Assembly: GCA_033763315.1 (NCBI GenBank) | Contig: JANRKS010000002.1 | Coordinates: 64,001-128,000 of the forward strand | Origin: Deltaproteobacteria bacterium | GTDB lineage: Bacteria > Myxococcota_A > Polyangia > Fen-1088 | Reading direction: 5' to 3' | Length of the DNA stretch: 64,000 nt | In this document: positions 27,882-38,451 of the stretch, in pieces | Layout of the letters: each line of letters begins with the position of its first letter | How positions within the stretch are numbered: the first letter of the stretch is position 1 | Position numbers and translations under genes: made by a program | The notes under the pieces: model-generated | The model's input: the letters and a program-made list of their open reading frames with translations, nothing else | Told to the model about the DNA's origin: nothing | The model's database searches: none

Positions 27882-30131
27882 ATGCGATTTTTAAGCTGTG
27901 TCGCAGTGGCCCTTGGCCTATTTTCGGGATGCTCACCACAGGGCCGCGGCTCGTCACCTGCGGAGGTGGACACAGGTGGCCAGGGCGGCGGCACCCAGCA
28001 AGGGGGCCAAGGAGGTGACGAGGGGGTGGCCGGTCGGGGCAAGGGGGGCATGGGCGGAACCGCTCTTAACGACGCCGGAGCGGCAGGTGCCGCGGGGGGC
28101 AGCGCTGTGGCAGCCTTGCCAGCAGGCCCCAAGATATTTGTTGCCACCAGCGGTAGCGACAGCGGCGGCGATGGTTCTGCGACGAAGCCTTTCGCAACGA
28201 TTGGCGCTGCCGCTGCGGCGGCCAAACCGGGAGACACGGTTGTGATCCGCGCCGGCACCTACCGCGAAACAGTTACGCCTCGGCTTTCAGGCGAGGCTGC
28301 CAATCCAATCACCTTCATGCCCTATCCGAACGAGATGGTCACTGTGTCAGGCGCCGATCCTGTGACTGGATTCACCAAGGACGCGAACAACGCCTACGTG
28401 GCCACCGCGAACTTCACCTTCACGTCCACCACCAACCAAAGCGATCAGGTGTTTTGGCAAGGCGCCATGATTCATCTGGGACGTTACCCTGATTACGGTG
28501 CCGACATCGCCCGCCCCAAGAAAGCCTCGCTCACCAAATTCATCAGGAAAAGCCGCGCCGACAATTGGACCACTGGTGTCTTTGAAGACGCAAACCTGCC
28601 CGTCAAGCCTGATGGTTTCTTCGCGGGCGCAGGAATCTACATGCAACCCGATTTTCAAGCGTGGAGTTGGACTTTTACGGGAACCGTCACCGATCACAAG
28701 GGCAAACAACTGACGCTGAAATCGCGCAACGACAGCGGCAACACATCTGACGGTTCATCTTACCCGGTTGGTTCTCGGTATTACCTGTTTGGCAAGAAAG
28801 AGCTGATGGACGCTCCCGGCGAATGGTATTTGGATCGCGCCGCGAAAAAGCTGTTCATCATTCCTCCGGACAGCAAAGCACCTACCGACGCCGATGTGCA
28901 AATGAAGCGCCGCGAGCTTTGCTTCGACCTGGACGGCAAAAGCTTCATCACCATTCGCGACCTAACCCTGTTTGCTTGCGCCATTAGCACAGACAAAGCC
29001 GCGGGTGGCGACAATGTCGGCTACGAGAGTGACGGCAAAACGCGCTACCCGTGGCGCGGTGGAGGATCCGTGGCGGCCAGCCAAGGTGTTGTCATTTCGG
29101 GCATCACGGCGCGCTACATGGATCACATCACCGATCTGTCGGGCCACTTTTATCTGCAGTGGGGCCAAAGCACAGGCATCGTGCTTTCAGGCAAGGGCCA
29201 TCGCATCGAGAACAGTCGCTTGGGCCCTTCTGCCTGCAACGGGATCACGCTGCTGGGGCAGGGCCATCGCGCCACCAACAATCTGATCGAGAACGTTGAT
29301 TACGTGTCAGTGGATTGTGCGGGCATCAACACCGGAGGTGCGGCGCCAACATCAGATCACGAGATCGATCACAACACCATTCGGTTCACGGGACGCAGTT
29401 GCATGACCACGCGCAAGTTGGCCAACTCAGACCTAGGCAACCTGAAGGCGCGCGTTCATCACAACGATTTGCATCATTGCATGTTGCAGGACTGGGACGG
29501 AGGGGGCCTTTACACGGCCGTGTCAGATCTCAAGTGGCAGCGCATCGATCACAACTGGGTGCACGACATGGACGGCTTCGCCGTCGCGGGGCTTTACACC
29601 GATTGGTGCAAGAATGTGATCGTGGACCACAATGCCATTTGGAACGTGGAGTGGGGCATCCTTCACCAAGGGTATTTCGACGACAAAGCGAACAACGCGC
29701 TTTGCTACAACAATAGCATCGCCGTTAAGAACACATCATCCACACCGTATGGACCGTTCGGCTTTGGAGGCAACAAGGGCAGCAATATGGGCACCGTGCT
29801 CCGCAACAACCTTGTGATGCTGTTAAATGAAGGCAAAGGCTATAAGCCCGTGAGTGACGCTTATGGGTCTGCGCAGTTGTCTGAAAACATGTTCTCAAAC
29901 GGAAGTTCTGGTCCCGATCTGGGCTTCACCAATCCAGCTCAGGGCGACTTTTCTTTCAAAGTCGCGAACGCTCCTGGCATCAATGCAGGCAAACCAGTGG
30001 GCTCGATCAGTCGTGATGGCTTTGACGTACCGTCTTTTAACGATGTGGCGTCGGGCGCGCCCGATCTTGGTGCTTATGAACACGGCCAGCCCGCATGGAC
30101 GGCCGGGTGCTCACTCGCGGGCTGCAACTAA
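27882..30131 (+). CDS. Right-handed parallel beta-helix lipoprotein (putative polysaccharide-active enzyme)
   Basis: FSGC lipobox, Gly linker, KPFATI...PGDTVVIRAGTYRE, repeated IDHN, DGGGLY, PDLGAYE. Confidence 0.8.
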   Translation: MRFLSCVAVALGLFSGCSPQGRGSSPAEVDTGGQGGGTQQGGQGGDEGVAGRGKGGMGGTALNDAGAAGAAGGSAVAALPAGPKIFVATSGSDSGGDGSATKPFATIGAAAAAAKPGDTVVIRAGTYRETVTPRLSGEAANPITFMPYPNEMVTVSGADPVTGFTKDANNAYVATANFTFTSTTNQSDQVFWQGAMIHLGRYPDYGADIARPKKASLTKFIRKSRADNWTTGVFEDANLPVKPDGFFAGAGIYMQPDFQAWSWTFTGTVTDHKGKQLTLKSRNDSGNTSDGSSYPVGSRYYLFGKKELMDAPGEWYLDRAAKKLFIIPPDSKAPTDADVQMKRRELCFDLDGKSFITIRDLTLFACAISTDKAAGGDNVGYESDGKTRYPWRGGGSVAASQGVVISGITARYMDHITDLSGHFYLQWGQSTGIVLSGKGHRIENSRLGPSACNGITLLGQGHRATNNLIENVDYVSVDCAGINTGGAAPTSDHEIDHNTIRFTGRSCMTTRKLANSDLGNLKARVHHNDLHHCMLQDWDGGGLYTAVSDLKWQRIDHNWVHDMDGFAVAGLYTDWCKNVIVDHNAIWNVEWGILHQGYFDDKANNALCYNNSIAVKNTSSTPYGPFGFGGNKGSNMGTVLRNNLVMLLNEGKGYKPVSDAYGSAQLSENMFSNGSSGPDLGFTNPAQGDFSFKVANAPGINAGKPVGSISRDGFDVPSFNDVASGAPDLGAYEHGQPAWTAGCSLAGCN

Positions 30132-30889
30132 GGGTTCTGCAACGAGGCCGTGCAGAACGATTGCAGGTTGCAATAGGGCAGGGCGCACGCGCCAGGGTTG
30201 GCCCCCGGATCCACGCGAAGCGCGAACTGGCCCAGCCGGCCTTCACAAGCAAAATCACGGCTTGCGCCTGGCATGCCGGACACGTCGATGGCGATGTTGA
30301 ACGCCACCTTGCCACTTGGTGCCCATGCAGCCAATCCGAGCGCCGATGCCGTCACCAAGGCCTCCACCACATATCCGTCTGTTGTCCGCCGCGCCACGAG
30401 GCTTGGCTGCGACCAAGGGCCGAGCCGTTCATAGGTTCGATAAAGGTCCGCGACCTCACTGTCACTGTTAGACGCAGGCGCTGGTATCACGATCTGCACG
30501 GCACCAGGCGCGTCGTAGGCGGGCGCTTGGCTGAACGTGCCGTCGGCATCCACAAACAGTTCAACGGCGTCGCCACAAAATAGGTTGGGGATGACCGACG
30601 CCTGTACCCGGGGCGTTGTGATTTGCACAAACGCATAGAGTCCGTCGGGCCGCCACGCCATCGCATAGCGCGCCACAAAGTCTTCAGGGAAGGGGGCCGA
30701 CGTATTCCACCCCCGCCGTGGCAATGGCTGCAGCGCCAGCCCGGGCTCCAGCGTCCCGTCAATGACGGGTGCATCAGGCAGCCGCATCAACTGTGTGCAT
30801 GCGTTGCTTTCGCGCGCCAAACTGACGTCGGGCGCGCAGCCCCCAAGCGGCAACAAGCAGACGAGAACGTGCGTGATTTTTGAACTCAC
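30128..30889 (-). CDS. Lipoprotein with a CBM9/DOMON-like sugar-binding domain
   Basis: LGGC lipobox, APVIDGTL, AWRPDGLY, GDAVELFVD, GYVVEA. GTGA overlap with the upstream gene. Confidence 0.65.
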   Translation of the reverse strand: MSSKITHVLVCLLPLGGCAPDVSLARESNACTQLMRLPDAPVIDGTLEPGLALQPLPRRGWNTSAPFPEDFVARYAMAWRPDGLYAFVQITTPRVQASVIPNLFCGDAVELFVDADGTFSQAPAYDAPGAVQIVIPAPASNSDSEVADLYRTYERLGPWSQPSLVARRTTDGYVVEALVTASALGLAAWAPSGKVAFNIAIDVSGMPGASRDFACEGRLGQFALRVDPGANPGACALPYCNLQSFCTASLQNP

Positions 30890-31572
30890 GGGCCATCCAA
30901 CAAGCGCTGCGCCCGCTTTGCGTAGATCGCCCCCGATCGGCCAGCCAACAGCGAGCGCAGACGGCTGCGTGCTTGCTCGGGCTGCTTGAGAGCCATCCAT
31001 GCTTGCGCCGCCAGCAGCTCGCGTTCCGCTGCCAAAGCGCCGTTGGGAAATCGACCTTTGTGTTCGTCAGCGGCCGTAAGCGCCTCGGCAGGCGATGAAG
31101 CGAGCCGCTTTTGCGCGCGCACCAACAAAGCTGTCTCGGCGGCCAGATCTTGTGTCTCGGGCAGCGCGACGGCCGCGGGCGCGGGTTGTGCGCGGTGACT
31201 GCGGCGGGTGGGCTTTGCCGGGGCCACCGGATCGATGGCGGCCTCAACGCGCGGCCCCTGTGGTGCCAGCACGGGCGGTGCTGCCGGCCCGCTGACCACG
31301 GCGCGGGCCGGCAGCACCGGAGCGTGTGTGGCGTGCTTGCGGAACATGATTGCGCCACCTGTTACCACGGCCAACAACGTGACAGCCGCCATCGCTTTGT
31401 ACCAAACGCTTGCGGCTGTCACGCCACCCACGGTCACGATGCCTGCGGCCAAACGGTTACGCATGCGCTGCTGCGTGATCATCGAGAGCGATTCGCTTTT
31501 AGGCAAACCCCGCACCGCCGCCCTCAACTCTTCGGACACATCGGTGCTGTCAATCAGTCGACGTGGTTCCAT
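30886..31572 (-). CDS. Putative anti-sigma membrane protein
   Basis: Single TM, Pro/Ala linker, C-terminal LAAETALL...FPNGALAAERE. Directly downstream of the ECF sigma factor. Confidence 0.65.
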   Translation of the reverse strand: MEPRRLIDSTDVSEELRAAVRGLPKSESLSMITQQRMRNRLAAGIVTVGGVTAASVWYKAMAAVTLLAVVTGGAIMFRKHATHAPVLPARAVVSGPAAPPVLAPQGPRVEAAIDPVAPAKPTRRSHRAQPAPAAVALPETQDLAAETALLVRAQKRLASSPAEALTAADEHKGRFPNGALAAERELLAAQAWMALKQPEQARSRLRSLLAGRSGAIYAKRAQRLLDGP

Positions 31573-31596
31573 CTGCGCCCTCCTTTGCCAAATGAA

Positions 31597-32172
31597 TCAT
31601 CGTGAACGCCCCGGTTTCGTTGATCTCTTCTTGCTCTTGGTGCCTTGGGCCATAGCAACGAGGTCACGCCGCGCATGGTGCAAACGCGAATAGACGGTGC
31701 CCACAGGAATGCCCAACTGCGAAGCGATCTCATCGCATGGCAGTCCGTCAATCTCGAACATCACAAACACAGCGCGGTGCTCAAGGTCCAACCGATCGAG
31801 CCAGGTTTGCATGCGTTGCCGAAACTGGTTGGCCGCGGCCCGCGCTTCAGGGGATTGGCCCTCGTGGGCCACCGCTGGTGGCTCCTCGCTGGTGAGCTGC
31901 TCTTGCCGTCGGTGTGCGCGGCGTCGGTAGGCGGCCGCCACTTTCAAACAGATCCCAAACAGCCACGCCGTGAGCTTCGCCGCGCGATCATATGTGTGCA
32001 GGCGGCGGTGCACGACGATAAAAACATCTTGGCACGCGTCCTCAAGATCAGAAGCCCAGATGCCCATGCGCTGTAGCGTCAACCACACGAAGTGAGCGTG
32101 GCTGTCATAGATCGAATCCACCGAAAGTGGTCGGGCCGGAGGAAGCTTGGATATGTGGGCGTGCTCGGGCAC
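31597..32172 (-). CDS. ECF RNA polymerase sigma factor
   Basis: EDACQDVFIVVHRRL, AWLFGI, EIASQLGIPVGTVYSRLHHAR. Start is approximate. Confidence 0.9.
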   Translation of the reverse strand: MPEHAHISKLPPARPLSVDSIYDSHAHFVWLTLQRMGIWASDLEDACQDVFIVVHRRLHTYDRAAKLTAWLFGICLKVAAAYRRRAHRRQEQLTSEEPPAVAHEGQSPEARAAANQFRQRMQTWLDRLDLEHRAVFVMFEIDGLPCDEIASQLGIPVGTVYSRLHHARRDLVAMAQGTKSKKRSTKPGRSR

Positions 32173-32209
32173 CGTTATGCTTTGGTAATGTGAGCTTCGG
32201 CCGTTTCCT

Positions 32210-33181
32210 TCACTGAAATGAGACGCCCAACCCCAATCCGGCGTGGCTCCCAACGGCACTTGGCTGAAACACGGTGCGTTCGGTCCCCTCAACAAAGAAC
32301 CGGTGGCGCACAACGGGCGCAACCAAACCTGCATCGAGGGCGATATGCACCGGTCCCCACAGCCTCCAGGCCGCGCAAACGTGAGCTTGGCCGGCCACAT
32401 AAAGCCTGTCGCCCGGCGACGTGGGTGCGGGGCTGTAAGTGACGGCGTGAATCAATCCCCCCAACAGGTTGGCGCACCCGGTGACCCGCCAACGTTCCCG
32501 CACCCAGCCACGGCACAGGCCCACCCAGGTGGCGGCCAACCCAAACGCGAAACTGCTGTCGCTGACGGGGCGCACTTGCGACAAAACCAGCGCCCCCGCC
32601 TGCAGCTGCCAAAGCGCGGCCCGCGCATCGGTTTGTTTGTGCAACGCGATCTCTGTGTGCGTGCCCACCCCGTAAGCGGTTTGTGGCAAGAGGCCATGCG
32701 ATACCACGCCCACAACAGCAACAGACGCATGCCGATCGGGTGCCTGCGTCGTCACAGGTACGCTTGCTTTTGCAGCCGGCGGTGGAGGACTCGGTTCGGC
32801 TTGCAATGACAATGGATCGATCAACAGCGCGACCGCCAACGCCACGGCTTCACCCAAGGTTTGGCATTCCTCTTTCGTGCCGTGGAAGGTTCTTTCAGCG
32901 GCGGTTTCATCGCCTTCAGCCATCCACACCCGCGCCTGCACATCCGTGCCGACCTCCGTCAGCAGAACCTCCACGCGCCGCTTGACCGCGTTGGCCGCAA
33001 GCGTGAATGGGTTGCGTCCCAATTTGCCAACCACGTTGGCGGCGATCGCGACGGCGTCGGGGCACAGATTCAAATGCGGCGTGCGCACCACTGACAACAC
33101 GGTGTCGGCTGGCACTTCCGCAAAAGCAGGGGAGCACATCAACGTCAACGTCCAAACGGCACCGACAAACCACAGGTTCAT
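32210..33181 (-). CDS. Exported hypothetical protein with a putative C-terminal beta-barrel
   Basis: Signal peptide, EAVALAVALLIDP, Pro linker, amphipathic strands ending GLGVSFQ. Confidence 0.65.
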   Translation of the reverse strand: MNLWFVGAVWTLTLMCSPAFAEVPADTVLSVVRTPHLNLCPDAVAIAANVVGKLGRNPFTLAANAVKRRVEVLLTEVGTDVQARVWMAEGDETAAERTFHGTKEECQTLGEAVALAVALLIDPLSLQAEPSPPPPAAKASVPVTTQAPDRHASVAVVGVVSHGLLPQTAYGVGTHTEIALHKQTDARAALWQLQAGALVLSQVRPVSDSSFAFGLAATWVGLCRGWVRERWRVTGCANLLGGLIHAVTYSPAPTSPGDRLYVAGQAHVCAAWRLWGPVHIALDAGLVAPVVRHRFFVEGTERTVFQPSAVGSHAGLGLGVSFQ

Positions 33182-33243
33182 GCGGTTGATTTGGGCGGGC
33201 TGCACCACGGCCCCAAACTATGCCATAACTTTGCGAGAGCCTC

Positions 33244-33963
33244 GTGGCTTTCGTGGACACCGCCAGCGCAGGCGGTCATGCTGCGCGCATGTTGTTGCGA
33301 GACGCCGTGGTGCAAGGCCTGCGGGCCGCCCGGGCGAACGTGCGGCCTGGCTTGATCCTGTGGGCCATGGCTTTGCTGGTGGTTGGTGGTTACTATTTTT
33401 CCCACCAAGCGCGCGCAGCCTTGGATGCGTTGGCGGCGTTTAAAGAACGGTGGGGCTATGGGTTCGCGATCGTGTCCACGGCCTTGTGGGGGGCCGTGAT
33501 TCCGTCTGTGTTTTTGCGCCTGTTCCACCGCAAGCACATGCTTTCGCTCGGCTCATTCATCTTCTTGGTGGTTTTCTGGGGCTGCAAAGGCGCCGAAGTG
33601 AATTGGCTCTACGAGGTGTTGGCCCGGGTTGTCGGCACCGACTCATCGCTGCGCACGGTGCTCATCAAATGCTCTTTGGATCAATTGCTCTATGGGCCGC
33701 TATGGGCTGTGCCAACTTTGGCGCTGGCTTACTTATGGCGCGACAAGGGCTTCTCCTGGCGGCGGACCTGGGCGGCCCTCGATCGCCATTTCTACGAAAC
33801 AACGGCCTTGCCCATGTTGTTGGCCAACTGGGGGGTGTGGATTCCCACCGTGGCGGCGATCTACGCGTTGCCGACGGGCTTGCAATTGCCCATGCAGAAT
33901 TTGGCGCTGTGCTTGTGGTCACTGATGTTGGCGTTTATGACCGGCAAGCCAGCCACGGCTTGA
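33244..33963 (+). CDS. Mpv17/PMP22-like membrane protein
   Basis: KCSLDQLLYGP, NWGVWIP, multiple TMs. Confidence 0.6.
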   Translation: MAFVDTASAGGHAARMLLRDAVVQGLRAARANVRPGLILWAMALLVVGGYYFSHQARAALDALAAFKERWGYGFAIVSTALWGAVIPSVFLRLFHRKHMLSLGSFIFLVVFWGCKGAEVNWLYEVLARVVGTDSSLRTVLIKCSLDQLLYGPLWAVPTLALAYLWRDKGFSWRRTWAALDRHFYETTALPMLLANWGVWIPTVAAIYALPTGLQLPMQNLALCLWSLMLAFMTGKPATA

Positions 33964-33970
33964 ACATCTC

Positions 33971-36900
33971 ATGTCAACAACCGAGCCCGAATCCCCAGAC
34001 GTTTCCCTGCCGCCCCGTGAGGCGGGAGCGCTGCGCGTGTGGGCGGCCGCCCATGGCGTTGAACCGTTCTTGAGCATGCTGGCCGTGGGCACGCCCGACT
34101 CGCCCATTCCGCACTACATGGCCAGCGGGCAACAAACGGCGTTGACCTTCGAAGACATCCTGACGGGCAGTCCGCGCTTGCTGGGTTCGCTTGGTAAGTT
34201 GCTGCAAGACGCGGTGGCCGAACGCCTGCAAGCCTTTGCGCGCGCCCGTCGCCAGGCATTGCTCGAACTGCACACACGCGCGGCCTATGTGCCACCCAAT
34301 GATCCCGTATTGGCGGGCTTTTTTGATTGGTTGCGCGCCTCCCTGCCGTTTTTAGATCAAGCGCCGCGGCTGCTCGGGCGCTATTGCGGCAGCACGGTAT
34401 CGCTTTGGCGCGAAACCCGCCCTTACCTCGTTTTCAAAGAAGAAGATCTCTATGCGCCCACCTCGCGCAGCACCACCTACTGTTGCTTGCAACTGATGGG
34501 TTGGGAAACGGCATTGCCGCGGCTCACGTTGTGGACCGATCGGCGCCACACAGATGTGGCCCCCCCTCGCGACGTGCAGTTGGCCGCCACGCATGCGTTC
34601 TTGAAGTTCATCAGCGACGCGTCAGCGTCGCAAGCACGCGACCTCAAAGACGTGCTGGCGACGCCGGGCTGGACGTATGTGTTGCGTGAACTTGATGAAG
34701 AGCTTGATCGATCTGATCTATCTGCGCCGCAAGACACAACACCTGAACGCATCGGGTTTCGTCTGCGCACCGTTGGGGGGCGCTTCACCGTGGAACCCGT
34801 CTTGCAGAAGCGCCGCAAAAACGGCCAGGGCTATTCCACCGGGGCGCGCCTCGACTGGCGTGAGCTGCGGGTCAAATCGTCGAGCTTGGACGCCCACGAT
34901 CTGCGTGTGGTGCGCGCATATTTTGATCCCATGCACTTTGATCCCACGATGGCGCCGAGCAATGGCGATGCGGCTGTGTTTGCTTGCTTGTCGGCGATGG
35001 CGGATCACCCGCGCTGTTATGTGGAGGGGCAGGGCGAAACGCCACTTGTGATCGAGAACGCACGTTTGCTCGTGCGGTTTACCGAGGATGCGGGCGGCAA
35101 TCTTCTGCCGGGGTTCGAGCTGGGGCCGCTGTCGTTGTCACCCGCGCAGATGATGAAAGCCGCGCGGGATGGCCGGCACGTCATCGCTGTGTCCCCCGTA
35201 GATCCCAACCACGTGGTCTTGGCGGCATTGAATCCAGCCACCGCCGCTGTGGTGCGCGCGTTCGCCGCAGCACCGGTGCCCATCTCCGTTGAAGCGAAAG
35301 AAGATTTATTGGCGCGCTTGCAGCCCATCCAGCCGCTTGTGGATATGGAGTTGCCGGCGAGTTGGATCGGCGAGATCAAACGCCAGGAGCCACGCTTGGT
35401 GGTGCGTTTGGTGCCCGAGCAAAACGGTGCCTTGGGCGTCGAGGTCTACGTGCGGCCGATGCCCAACGGTCCCGCTTGGCCCGTGTCACAAGGGCCAAGT
35501 GTGGTGATGGGCGGCGTGTTCTCGCAACGTCATTCGGTGCAACGCGATTTCGCCGAAGAAGAAGGCTTGGCCGCTGCGTTGGAAGACAAGTTGAAGCTCA
35601 ATGCATTCGCCATCGAAGGCGCGCACAAGTTCTACTTACCCGCGGGCGATGGCGTGTTCGATTGGTTGACGGAGCTCAAGCAGCACAGCGAAAGTCTAGA
35701 TGTGCAGTGGCCGCGCGGAGGTGCCTTGCAATCAGGCGGGTCGGTGGGCAAAGGCCAACTGCAGTTGCGCGTGAACACGCAGCGCGAATGGTTCGCCGTG
35801 GATGGCAACGCCCGCCTGCAAGATGGTACCGATGTGCGCTTGGCCGAACTGCTCACGGCTGCACGAGAAGGCCGCCGGTATGTGTTGGTGCAGGGCAACC
35901 GCTTTGCCAAGCTCGAAGAAGAGTTGCGCACACTGTTGGCCGCGGCCGATGGCGATCTGTCCGTGCACCAAGGTGCGTTCAAGGTGGGCCGCACGCATGT
36001 GCAGTCACTCATCGAACTCGTGCAGCATCCCGAGCAAATGGCCGCCGATGCGGCGTTTGAAGCCTTCCGTCGGCGCTTGGACGAAAGCCAAGAGGTGGTG
36101 CCGCGCGTGGGTGAAACGCTGGGCGCGGCGTTGCGCCCTTACCAATGGGACGGGGTGCGGTTTCTCGCGCGTTTGGCCCATTGGAATGCGGGCGCCGTGC
36201 TCGCCGACGAAATGGGATTGGGCAAAACGCTGCAGGCGCTGGCCTTGCTTGAACACCGCGCGGCGCTGGGGCCCGCGATCGTTGTTTGCCCCACATCTGT
36301 GTCAGCGAACTGGCTGCAAGAGGCCGCGCGGTTTTCGCCTGATCTCAAGGTCATCTCATATCGAGAAGGCGCCCGCGAAAAGCTATTGCCTGGGGTGGGA
36401 GCGGGGGATGTGCTCGTGGCCAGCTACGCGATTGCTGCGCTCGATGTTGAGGCCCTATCCACTGTGCCGTTTGCCACGCTGGTATTGGATGAAGCACAAT
36501 CGATCAAGAACGCACAAACAGATCGCGCGCGTGCCGTGAGGCGCTTGCAGGCCGATTGGAAGCTGGCGCTCACTGGAACGCCGCTTGAAAACCGCTTAAG
36601 CGAATTGTGGAGCTTGTTTCACACCATTTCGCCCGGTTTGCTTGGCAGTTGGCAACGCTTTCGCAGCGTGTTCGGAGTGCCCATCGAACGCTACAACGAT
36701 GCGGAACGCCGGCGCCGCTTGGCGCAGGTGGTGCGCCCTTATCTTTTGCGCCGACGCAAAACAGACGTGGCGCAAGAGCTGCCCCCGCGCACACCGATGG
36801 TGCGCAAAGTGGTGCTCTCGGCGGTGGAGGCGCGCCACTATGAAACGTTGCGCGCGGCCACCGTGGACGCGCTCTCGAAGAAGAAACGCAAAGAGCGCGA

Positions 36901-37539
36901 CGAACACCCGGACGTGCGCATGATGCTGCTGGCAGCGTTGACACGCCTGCGACAATTGGCTTGCCACCCGCGCTTGGTTCACCCCGACGCCGGTCCTTCC
37001 TCCGCGAAGTTGGATGAACTTGTGCGGTTGGCGCTTGAGTTTCACGACAATGGCAGCCGCATGCTGGTGTTCTCGCAGTTCCGTTCGTTTCTCGACATTG
37101 CCGAGCCCGCCTTGAACGCCGCCGGATTAACCACGCTGCGCCTCGATGGCACCACACCTGCGCGGCTGCGTGGTGAATTGGTGGATAAGTTTCAAGCCGG
37201 GCAGGGCGATGCGTTCTTCATCTCGCTCAAAGCGGGCGGCGTGGGCTTGAACCTCACGGGCGCCGATGTGGTGATTCATCTTGATCCGTGGTGGAACCCA
37301 GCCGTTGAAGATCAAGCAAGCGATCGTGCCACCGCATCGGTCAAACCAAGCCCGTCACGATTATGCGCTTGGTGGCGCAAGACACCGTTGAGGAAGCCGT
37401 GCTGGCCCTGCATGAAGACAAACGAGCCCTGCTTGAAGGCGTGCTTGAAGGCACGGACGTGGCCGGTGCGTTGTCGGTCGATGATCTGGTGAGCCTCATC
37501 AAATCGCCTCGCTCCGCCACCGGCTTCGGCCTGGCCTAG
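33971..37539 (+). CDS. SNF2-family helicase/ATPase with a 1-nt frameshift near 37330
   Basis: LRPYQ, LADEMGLGKT, DEAQ, LTGTP, GGVGLNL, DPWWNPAVEDQASDRA. HRIGQ and the rest of the C-terminus continue in another frame to TAG 37539. Confidence 0.9.
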
Positions 37540-38141
37540 CGGGGCTTCTTTGCCAGCACCAACAAGCGGTTCAGACCCGTGGCATTTGCGCCAACAGACA
37601 CTGGATGAACCAGCTTCGCTGCCAACCCCGCTGCCCGCAACGCCGCCCGCACATGCGGTTCGCTGTGCCGGCAGCCGCCCGGATCGTCGCCCGCGACCCC
37701 CAAAGTGGTGCCTTCTTCGGCGTAGCCGACTGTGAATGCCACTAGCCCCTGGGGGCGCAGTGAGGTGGCAAAAGCAGCCAACCAGCTATCTAGTGTGCCA
37801 CTCGACGAGCTTGCCGTCGCGCAGGTCAGAAGATCGAAGGCACTTCGATTCGCGCGGAAGAACGATGGGACATCCGCCGTTACGACATCCGTGTAGACCC
37901 TGGAGCCATCATGGCGCAGACGTCTCGCCTGATCGGCCAGCGCAGCCGACGGCTCCACTCCCACGAGGGTTTCGCCTAGCGGCGAAAAGATGGGCCCACA
38001 TAAACCGAAACCACAACTGGCCTCGGCCGTGGCCCCCTTACCGCAAACATACCCCTGGTATTCCAACACGACTTCGGACACGAAGCGGGCACACCCCAAG
38101 GCCAGGTCCATCGTCGGTGCAGAGTCTTCGTGCTCTTCCAA
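37536..38141 (-). pseudogene. Degenerate class I SAM-dependent methyltransferase-like ORF
   Basis: EASCGFGLCG (eroded DLGCGTGLCG), LVGVEPSAAL, FDLL, LRPQGLVAFT, RHSEPHV. No good start codon. Confidence 0.45.
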
Positions 38142-38451
38142 AGGCGTGACTTTATCACGTCAAGAGACCTTCCTCTTGAAGGCGTGAGCCCAATGAAAAT
38201 CATCGGTGCGCTCCATGAGCAGCGTGTGCGTCGAAAGGGCCAACGACGTCTTGTGTAACATAGACAGACATGTGGGTCCCCGTGCCCGTCGCGGCCCTTT
38301 GTTGAGGTGCATGGCCGCATGAATCGAACTTTTTTCCCGTATTGCCTAAGTATTTACTCACATTAGACACACCTTAGCGCTAAGACCACGGGCTGCGGCG
38401 CCCTGCGCACGGGCCCCCAAACGACGCTTGGTTGTCTCTTAGGAAGTTCCG

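Noticed and set aside
22434-37539. Methyltransferase plus SNF2 helicase as a BREX/DISARM-like defence system
   Set aside because: They are 10 kb apart, separated by unrelated genes, and no other components are present.
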